DNA from: Diplonema japonicum | Taxonomy: Eukaryota; Protista; Euglenozoa: Diplonemea | Reading direction: 5' to 3' | Length of the DNA stretch: 64,000 bases | NCBI GenBank assembly: GCA_964019335.1 | Contig: OZ025713.1 | Span: 186,001 to 250,000 of the forward strand | In this document: positions 56,748-64,000 of the stretch, one piece after another | Numbering within the stretch: the first letter of the stretch is position 1 | Layout of the letters: each line of letters opens with the position of its first letter | The notes under the pieces: model-generated | What the model was told of the DNA's origin: nothing | Databases searched by the model: none | The model's input: only the letters and a program-made list of their open reading frames with translations | Made by a program: the position numbers and the translations under genes

Positions 56748-57154
56748 CTACCTCTTCCTCCCCCCTCCCCCTCGCTTTCTTCTTTCTGCTTTTTCTTTTA
56801 GAGTGTAATTAGACGAAAGAAAAGCAGGTGATTTTTTTTTTTTTTTATATTAAGGGGGTGTGGTGTGGTGTGTGTGTGTGTGTTGTGTTATGTTGTTTGC
56901 CCTGTGGTTTTATTATTATTTTTTTTTGTTTTTTTTGTCATCCTTTTTTAAAAAAGAGGAAAAAAATAATTCCAAAAAACGGGGGAGGGGGGGGGCGTAG
57001 GGGGGGTCATAAGGGGGTCGTTTTTTGCCCTTTTTCAGGCTCTTCGCCAAGGGCATTTTGGGCTTAAAAAAACTGTAACCACCCCAAAAGTGCCCACAAA
57101 TCACCCAAACCCCCGTTTCCCGATGGTTTCCGGCCCCAGAAGCTTCCTTCTTAA

Positions 57155-57235
57155 GGAAACATAAGGAAACGTTTCCGTTTCCTCCCTTTTTTCAAAAAAT
57201 GCATGGAAACGCGTTTCCATGCCAGCATAGCCCTG
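57155..57235. mobile_element. Palindromic MITE-like family B copy (inverted relative to 62834-62915)
   Basis: Reverse complement of 62834-62915; perfect 22-bp palindrome GCATGGAAACGCGTTTCCATGC at 57201-57222; ends GCCAGCATAGCCCT followed by poly-G. Confidence 0.7.
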
Positions 57236-57432
57236 GGGGGGGGGGGGTGGATGGGACAAAAAGAGGATAGACAGTTCTTAATTTTTCTTCTCCTTAAGGA
57301 CCATTATGTAATAATTTAAAAAAAAAAAAACTTCTTTTTTTTTTTCCACTTTTTTTCTTTTCTTCTCTCCCCAAAAAAAAAAAAACCACACAAAAAAAGG
57401 AACCCCTCCCCCCCCCCCCCCCCGCCCCCTCT

Positions 57433-58308
57433 TCACGAAATTATACAGATAATGTTGTTTCGCAGAACGTACCGAGAAGAAGCGTGGGAAGGCCGGTGAA
57501 CGATCTGCGGGTGGCTGGGCTCCACAGAAGTGGTATGGGATTGGTTGCTCTGCTGAGTAACAGACGACTGAGGGCCGGCCTGATACGCCCCAGACCCATA
57601 TTCATGATTAACACTTGCAGAAGTCCGTGATTGAAGGGAACTAAACGAAACCACCTCCTGCTGGGCTTCTTCATGGTGACTAGAATTTTGCGACGCACGA
57701 GAACTGGGGGTCGAGTCAATATCCCGACAGGACGACCCTTCGTCAGAAGCGTCCTTTGCTACGATAATCGTGTTCTGTAGAAGCTCAGGCTGCCCGAGCT
57801 TGCTGTCGTGTTGCGGGTAGTGCTCAGCTTGGAAGGCCACAAGAGATTTGCTCTGCTCGGCAAGCATTTCTGTCAGCTCTTTCAACGCATTCTCTTGAGA
57901 CCGCATCTTGTACTTTTGTTGGTTGATTTGCTCTTCGCTTTTCTGAAGCTGTTCACCGAGTCGTTCTCTCGCGGTGACCTGCAGCTCTATCCGTTTACCT
58001 TGATCGTCCACCACTTCCATTAACCTGTCTATTTGGTTCTTCTTCTCTTGGATGGCTCTGTCAACAATCTCCCCATCTTCATTGGGGCTTGCCTGTGTCT
58101 TGTCAGATACGGTTCCTACTTTTGCCATTTCGCGTACTGCTGTCAGTGTGGCCGATTTCTGGTGTAGTCTGACGTGTGTTTTTTCGAGTTCCGCCCTCCG
58201 CATCTTTATGTCCCTCTTCGTGTCGCTTATCTCGTCTTCCTTTCCCCTTAGCTTGGATGCGAGGTCCAGTTCCTGCGAGTTGTTGTTCGGCATGTTGGAC
58301 TGTGACAT
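57433..58308 (-). CDS. Hypothetical coiled-coil protein with an S/Q-rich disordered tail (3' end may be spliced)
   Basis: Heptad-like E/K/Q/L-rich region; first ATG at 58308 (MSQSNMP); donor-like GTACGT at 57472-57467. Confidence 0.7.
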   Translation of the reverse strand: MSQSNMPNNNSQELDLASKLRGKEDEISDTKRDIKMRRAELEKTHVRLHQKSATLTAVREMAKVGTVSDKTQASPNEDGEIVDRAIQEKKNQIDRLMEVVDDQGKRIELQVTARERLGEQLQKSEEQINQQKYKMRSQENALKELTEMLAEQSKSLVAFQAEHYPQHDSKLGQPELLQNTIIVAKDASDEGSSCRDIDSTPSSRASQNSSHHEEAQQEVVSFSSLQSRTSASVNHEYGSGAYQAGPQSSVTQQSNQSHTTSVEPSHPQIVHRPSHASSRYVLRNNIICIIS

Positions 58309-58541
58309 TTGCTTTGTTTCGCCGGGGGGGGGGGCTCCCTCACACACCCGTTGTATATTCCTTTTTTTTTTAAATTCTTTTCTTTTTTGCCTTGTGTTGT
58401 TGTTGTTGTTGTTGTTGTTGTTGTAGGTTTTGTGGGTAAATTTTAAAAAAAAAAAAAAAAAGGAAACAGAAAAAAAAAAAAAAAAAGCACGTTTATTTTC
58501 ATAGCAAACACGTTTATACTCCCCCCCCCCCCCCCCCCCAA

Positions 58542-58640
58542 GGCTATGCTGGCAAGGAAACGGGAAACCTTTCCATATTTTGGGATTGTTTCCTTAAGTA
58601 TCTGAAAGAAACGTTTCCCTTGTTTCTTGCCAGAATAGCC
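58542..58640. mobile_element. MITE-like family B copy with terminal inverted repeats
   Basis: GGCTATGCTGGCAAGGAAAC ... GTTTCTTGCCAGAATAGCC; preceded by poly-C. Confidence 0.7.
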
Positions 58641-59179
58641 GTCCCCCCAACCCCCCAAGTGCGAGGCGGATCCTCACTAAGAAAAAAAGGAAGTATAAAA
58701 CTTTTTGATTCGGGGGGGAAGAGAAAGAAGGCCTAACCGATGAGGGGCTCGAAGGTTGTTTAAAGTCGGGGTTCTGTTACCTATTGTTGGAAAATAAAAC
58801 AACTTATTTCTTCTCAGGGAGACGTGCACGAAGAACGGGAGTCGGTGGGTCGGTCAGTAGGTACCCTGTGCCCTCTAGAAGGGACCTGAAGAAAAACACC
58901 TACTGGAAAGTTCCCCCCCTCCGATTGATTTTCTTTAACAGTAACTATGGTTATTAGGAGGTAAAAAAAAAAAGAAGAAACAAAAAAAAAAAAGCAACGT
59001 TCTTTTTTTTTTTTTTTAAAACACGCACGGGGAGGGAGGGGGGAAAGAAGAAGAAAGAAGTCTATCATTCCTTTTAAAAAAAAACACGTTCCCACCCCTC
59101 CCCCCCCCCATTTATTTATTCTCGATTTTCGATTGTTCGTTTTTCATGTTCCCATGAGGAGGGGGGAGAGAGTAAAACA

Positions 59180-59346
59180 AAATTTGACAAATTTCGGTGT
59201 GCGGGTGGGTGCTCACCATTCAGGGAGAAATTCACACACTAATCGGTCCTGCGGTTGCTGTCTGGTGCCTGCGGTGGCTGTTTGTCGCGATGAGATGGGC
59301 GAGAAACATTGCTTGGAGTGGCTCGAGGAGAAGAGTCCCCTGTCGT
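59180..59346. repeat. Dispersed repeat family A, longest copy
   Basis: Shares blocks with 2641-2793, 4613-4656 and 128-175. Confidence 0.8.
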
Positions 59347-59595
59347 AGCCTGTGTTGTCGGGCCCCCAAGATGTCGAAGGGTGTGTACCCTTGTCTTTGC
59401 GTTGGCGGGGAAAGCATTCTTCCCACTATCTGCTGTGCACTTCTGAATACGTGTATCGCATCTTCCAGCCTTCTTTGTGAGCCAGTCCTCATAACAAAAC
59501 AAAAAAGTATTTTTTTTTTTTTCAACCTCCCTACCTGGTGTAGGGAGTGGGCTATTCCCCTTCCCCCCCCCCTTTTTATTATATCTTCACCCCTC

Positions 59596-61083
59596 TCACA
59601 GCGTGCACAATGGAGCAGCGAACCCACCGTTCTTCGAAGCAGCTTCCTTCAAAGTGGTACAATTGTTGTAACCGTATGTGGAATTCGTCTGGAACCTCCC
59701 TTCAACGTACTTGGCAAGCTGTGCTTTCATCGCTTGCTGCCGTTCGGGGTACTGCGTAGATAGCTCATGGTGCTCAGTGACATCATCAGCAAGGTTAAAC
59801 AGACAACCGTCAACAGGACACCCAGGATCCGCTTCCAACGGAACGTGCGCAGAAGTAATGGGCCACCACGGCCCCGTCCAGTACCCACAGTCACCGTGCT
59901 GGCAGTACGATGCATTCACCGTACTGGCAACGTACTTCCAGTCTCCAGATATAAACGCATTCGACGATAGAACAATATCCTTTACAGGACGGGTCATGTT
60001 CAAGGGTGCAACGAAATAACCCCGGAGATCCATTCCGTCTGTTGATGGGTACCCTGGTATCTCGTCACCGCATTGTTCATCGGATTGCCCTGAGAGTTTG
60101 CACATTGTCGTGTGGAGGTCGACCAAATGCATGGCGGAGGTGATGGTTGTCCCGCGAAGCGACGGGTCGAGAAGACCTCCGGTGACGAACGCAGCGACGC
60201 GTACACCGCCTTCAAAGTCGGTGGTTTTCCCGCCGCGAAGCGGGTAGTTGTTCGCAGACCAGTATTGCGGGCCGCCGTTGTCCGACGCCCAGACAAATAA
60301 TGTGTTGTCCCACATGTTCTTCCGTTTTAACGCATCCGTAATGTTAACCGTTGCATCGGCAACGCACGACACCATCGCTTGCATTATCTTAATAGTTTCG
60401 TTGGGAATGGTTGGGTCTTCGTACTTCGGTACTGCTTCATAAGGAGCATGGGTGTCGTGGAATGGAATGTACAAAAACAAAGGGGAGGTCGTGTCGTGGT
60501 TCTCAATTACGTTGACAGCCTCGTCCCCGTACAGGTAGCAGGAATAAGTTCCGTTTCTCCCGATTGCCGGTTTTGTGTTTAACCAGAGATCGACGTACGG
60601 TGACGTTGACCCGGCAATTTGCGTGAAATGGTCTTCTCCTCCTGTTAAAAAACCAAGGTGGTGGTCGAAACCCCTGTTGATCGGGAGGTTCGCATCGGAA
60701 CGAGCTCCACAATGCCATTTCCCTACCATTGCCGTCTTGTACCCAACTTTCTTTAATTTTTGCGGGAGGAGCGTCATTTTGATGTCGATGCCGCCAGGGA
60801 CACCCACTCCAACGGGGTTTTCCTCATTGACATGGATAGGGAACCTCCCGCTCAACAGGCTGCTTCTTGTAGGGGAGCATACGCGGAAGGTGTAGAATCT
60901 ATCCAGAATGGCGCCTTCTTCTGTTGCGAGCTTGTTCAGGCCCTCTGCCTTTGTCTGGTTCGGGTTGTACCACGGCACGTTGTACCTCCCCAAATCGTCC
61001 ACCAGGGCGATAACTAGGTTAGGGAGCTGTGCGGTGTGCGCCTGTGCCACTATGCAGAGCAGCAGTATTGTGTGGGCTCGCAT
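59596..61083 (-). CDS. Secreted formylglycine-dependent sulfatase (family S1, arylsulfatase B-like), 495 aa
   Basis: Signal peptide MRAHTILLLCIVAQA; motifs PNLVIALVDDLG, CSPTRSSLLSGR, GKWHCG, ASDNGG and NYPLRGGK. Start placed at 61083. Confidence 0.93.
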   Translation of the reverse strand: MRAHTILLLCIVAQAHTAQLPNLVIALVDDLGRYNVPWYNPNQTKAEGLNKLATEEGAILDRFYTFRVCSPTRSSLLSGRFPIHVNEENPVGVGVPGGIDIKMTLLPQKLKKVGYKTAMVGKWHCGARSDANLPINRGFDHHLGFLTGGEDHFTQIAGSTSPYVDLWLNTKPAIGRNGTYSCYLYGDEAVNVIENHDTTSPLFLYIPFHDTHAPYEAVPKYEDPTIPNETIKIMQAMVSCVADATVNITDALKRKNMWDNTLFVWASDNGGPQYWSANNYPLRGGKTTDFEGGVRVAAFVTGGLLDPSLRGTTITSAMHLVDLHTTMCKLSGQSDEQCGDEIPGYPSTDGMDLRGYFVAPLNMTRPVKDIVLSSNAFISGDWKYVASTVNASYCQHGDCGYWTGPWWPITSAHVPLEADPGCPVDGCLFNLADDVTEHHELSTQYPERQQAMKAQLAKYVEGRFQTNSTYGYNNCTTLKEAASKNGGFAAPLCTL

Positions 61084-61765
61084 TGTTTTTTTTCTTCTTC
61101 TTTTTTTTTTTTTTTCTTTCTTTTGGCGGATAATGGTGAGGGGGTAAAAAGAAAAAAAAAAAAAAGAGAGAGGGAAAAAAAAAAAAAGAAATATGGTCGT
61201 AAAGTAAAAATATTCTTTTTTATATCTCGCACAGATACGGAACCCTGCGAGGGGGGGGGGGGGGGGGGGGGGGGCATGCGGGCATGCGTTGTGTGCTGGA
61301 GGTTGGGGGGGGGGAAGAGTCGGTTTACGCACAGCCGGGGTTAACCTGTAGAAGGATAAGCCCAACAATGCTACCACTACTCTTTTAGCAATATCAATAC
61401 ATTGTTTTTCTTGTTCAAGCAAAAAGAATTCACTATGATAGGAACGAAGGTGTTAGCAACGGCCCGCCAAAAGAAAAAGAAGAATGAAAAAACCTTTTTA
61501 AGGAGAGGGTCAAAGCCCGAATCAAAAGCTGCTGCTCGACTCTTTCTTTTTTAAATCTTTTCTTTTAAAGCAAGAAAAAAAAAAAAAACAATTCATTTTA
61601 CAATTCTATTGTTTCAATTTTCTTTTTTGTTTGTACCGTTGCCGAGAAATACAGTTTTTTTTGTAAACTCGTAAAAAAAAAAAAAAAAAAAAAAAAAGAA
61701 AAAAGAAAAAAAGAGACATTTAAGGGTACCTGTGGTATGTGGCAGGACGCCTGAAGAGTCTCAAT

Positions 61766-62533
61766 CTATCTCTTGATCGAACCTTTCTGCTGTGGTGTGG
61801 CCTTCGGCCCCTCGTTCGCCCTCCTCTGTACCTTAGGTATAAAACCCTCAACCGAGTTGGTAAGGACACAATAGTTGTACAGTTGTTTCTCAAGGATGTG
61901 GCGGGTCGCCGGGGAGGCGAATACCGGTCTAGAGGAGTAGCCCCTTATGGAGCCGTTGTAGTAACCCAACGTGCGTAGGGAGTGGACAGAGGCTACCGAA
62001 GCAGCTGGAATGAGTGGCGCTATGCGCTTATTGGTGTGGATGCGTTCTAGTGCCGCTATCACCCGGCCTATGACACGCGCGCTCTCCTGGATGTCCTCAC
62101 CCTCTCCACAAGGCGAGAGTCCCTCTGTGGCAATGAAGTCCACGGCCAGCTCAAGCCTGGAGACCTGTCCACCTGTTGTGCCCCAGTGAAGGGCCGAGAG
62201 CCATCGGATGACGTGCGGGAATAGCCGCGGGAGGTACTGTTGCCTCAAACCGTTGTCGTAGTACCACCTCAGTGACCGTGGCTTGAGCAAACTCCCCTTC
62301 TCGAAGGGCCTGTTCCACAGGTGAACACTGAAGTCCACTGTCTTCTTTCGTGCAAAGGCGAGTTGCAAGTTACCAGTAATCTCCGCCATCATTAGCTGTA
62401 ACTCAGCAGTTTCCAGCATGAGTCCCCCCGTCGCAATGCCATGCAGTTGTGTGCACCGTGGCCACTGGTTACGTTGTGCGCATAGCGCCGCCCGCTTCTC
62501 GGATGCTGTCCTGATGTGCTCGTGTGCCTGACA
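61766..62533 (-). mobile_element. 5'-truncated C-terminal fragment of a non-LTR-retrotransposon-like ORF
   Basis: Frame is open upstream of the ATG at 62419 (CQAHEHIR...QWPRCTQLHGI) and contains WLSALHW...VSRLELAVDF. These resemble the post-zinc-finger tails of protist RT/RNase H elements (from memory, not searched). No RT domain is present. Confidence 0.5.
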
Positions 62534-62534
62534 G

Positions 62535-62565
<31 letters not shown>

Positions 62566-62584
62566 CTCACCCCCTCCTAAGCAT

Positions 62585-62827
62585 AGCTGTGAAACGAATC
62601 GGTTCGCGCACATTTTCGCATTTTCAACTCTGAACCCAAATTTTTCGCAAGACGATTCGCATTTTCGCATCATTATATGCGAAAATAGTACAAACTAGGT
62701 GAAAACTATGTACTTCTGTTGGCCCGATGGCACTCAGGCACGAACCCCCGGCAACCTTCCTCCACAAACCAAAGGATTACTACTACTGCGAAAATATGAT
62801 ATCGAAAACCGATTCGCATCACTACTA
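62585..62827. repeat. Array of TTCGCA/TGCGAA motifs in both orientations; possible DNA-transposon end remnant
   Basis: Multiple TTTTCGCA, GATTCGCA and TGCGAAAATA copies; ends GATTCGCATCACTA. Confidence 0.5.
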
Positions 62828-62833
62828 TGCCTA

Positions 62834-62932
62834 GGGCTATGATGGCATGGAAACGCGTTTCCATGCATTTTTTTGAAAAAAAAGGAAAACGGAAACGGAA
62901 ACGTTTCCTTAAGTTTCCTGCCAGCATAGGCC
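62834..62932. mobile_element. MITE-like family B copy, complete with both TIRs
   Basis: GGGCTATGATGGCATGGAAAC ... GTTTCCTGCCAGCATAGGCC followed by poly-G; 22-bp palindrome at 62845-62866. Confidence 0.72.
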
Positions 62933-63105
62933 TGGGGGGGGGGGGGGGGGGGGGGGGTCACACGCCCTTTAAAAACGTAAAAAGAAAATGAAAAAAAAAA
63001 GTTTTTAAAAACAAATCTTTTCTAAGAGGAAAAACAACAAAAAAAAAAAAAAAAACACTCAAATATATAGCACAACTTTTTTTTTTTTTTTTTTTTTTCC
63101 CCCGT

Positions 63106-63939
63106 TCACGCACGCGCCATCATATAAGCCCGTGTCCGCTCGGCGGTCTCCGCCACCTCCTGCGCCCCAGACGACCCAAACGTATCGATGACCCGCGAAA
63201 TAATACCAGGTAGCACCGTGTTGCAAATACACGTTATATTCGTGACAAGCAAACCCCCAGCAGGAGAATTATGGTAGAGAAGGACAGACTTCACCGTCTT
63301 TGTAGAATCGTTGTACGCAACATGCCTCTTAGTCCGCTCCAAAAGCAGCGCATGATGAACGGCAACACCATCATTCAAAGTAGCCGCCAGCCGCGGGTAG
63401 TTCTCCATCGGTATCACAGAAACCTTCAACTGTATCGTAACCTTGTAAATCACGGCAATAACAGTCTTGGTGAATCTAAAAGTATCTGCTTCTTTGGTGT
63501 CGGTCCACACATATGGATTTGCAGGTTGGCAAGCTTTCTGATATGCCACATTACTAACTAGTGAGGGTGTGAAGTCCTCCGCCCTTATTGGCGTCGGCAT
63601 CGCATACTGTGCCTTATTCAGTATAACTACGTATTTCCCGGCTTCTGTTGGGTTAAGGATATCGATGGGCACCGACTGAATGGGGTCGGTGAAGGATGAC
63701 AAGTTGATGAAGTTCGAGATGTATTTGAGTTTGTCGGGGGCGAGCTCTGACCCGGGGCAACATAGGAATGCGTAGATGGAGCCGCCCGACGCCAGGGTGG
63801 TTAGATTTTCTGGTGTATGAAAGTCCCATTCGTGGGTAATGGTTGCTTTGCACGACATATTCGTGAAGCTCCCGATGGTGTCCGGGATTTTCTTTTGGTT
63901 TTCCGTGATGGTGCTGCGTGGTACTGTGTCCAGCGACAT
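63106..63939 (-). CDS. Hypothetical protein (277 aa), globular composition
   Basis: Clean ORF on the coding strand with no homopolymers; stop followed by an A-rich spacer; no family recognised. Confidence 0.75.
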   Translation of the reverse strand: MSLDTVPRSTITENQKKIPDTIGSFTNMSCKATITHEWDFHTPENLTTLASGGSIYAFLCCPGSELAPDKLKYISNFINLSSFTDPIQSVPIDILNPTEAGKYVVILNKAQYAMPTPIRAEDFTPSLVSNVAYQKACQPANPYVWTDTKEADTFRFTKTVIAVIYKVTIQLKVSVIPMENYPRLAATLNDGVAVHHALLLERTKRHVAYNDSTKTVKSVLLYHNSPAGGLLVTNITCICNTVLPGIISRVIDTFGSSGAQEVAETAERTRAYMMARA

Positions 63940-64000
63940 GCACGATTCAAATCCTATTTCGCTGTCTCCCCCTACAGGTGTTCCTGCTATAGGTGTGTCG

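Noticed and set aside
18498-56747. Giant PKS/NRPS, dynein or adhesion-GPCR identity for the 12.7k-aa ORF
   Set aside because: No KS/AT/A/C or AAA motifs were seen, and no GPS/GAIN motif; the membrane region has more than seven helices with different signature motifs.
56748-57472. Splicing of the coiled-coil gene onto the giant ORF
   Set aside because: Joining the donor-like GT at 57472 (phase 2) to the AG before the giant ATG gives CGA TGG CTG CGG TAG, which is out of frame with the giant ORF.
58660-58920. Possible snoRNA or rRNA fragment in a GC-richer patch
   Set aside because: No convincing paired C/D boxes or recognisable rRNA/tRNA sequence.

Overview
Eukaryotic nuclear DNA. It best fits a euglenozoan, probably a diplonemid; this is inferred from the kinetoplastid-type adenylate cyclase, the unidirectional gene order and the short GT-AG cis-introns. 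Every credible gene is on the minus strand, separated by homopolymer-rich spacers. In coordinate order: a possible gene start at the left edge, a multi-TM adenylate cyclase, a GT10 fucosyltransferase, a multi-cNMP-binding protein, a 4-exon CIPK-like kinase, TBCK, and a proteinase-K-type subtilase with CUB and five PLAT-like repeats. Next comes an uninterrupted 38,250-bp ORF (12,749 aa), then a coiled-coil protein, an S1 sulfatase, a truncated non-LTR retroelement-like ORF and a hypothetical protein. The main candidate for an undescribed system is the giant membrane protein. It has about 12 tandem beta-propeller-like units (some recently duplicated, with one variable loop), followed by discoidin, ShK, EGF, PAN, WSC, SEA-like and IPT modules. 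These sit on a roughly 9-TM TRP/Flc-like membrane domain that carries a B-box zinc finger and an EF-hand. Three non-coding signals also stand out: introns made mostly of poly(A) with no polypyrimidine tract, a dispersed repeat found only downstream of stop codons (SIDER-like), and a palindromic MITE-like family capped by poly-G. All domain calls come from motif recognition by eye; no database search was run.
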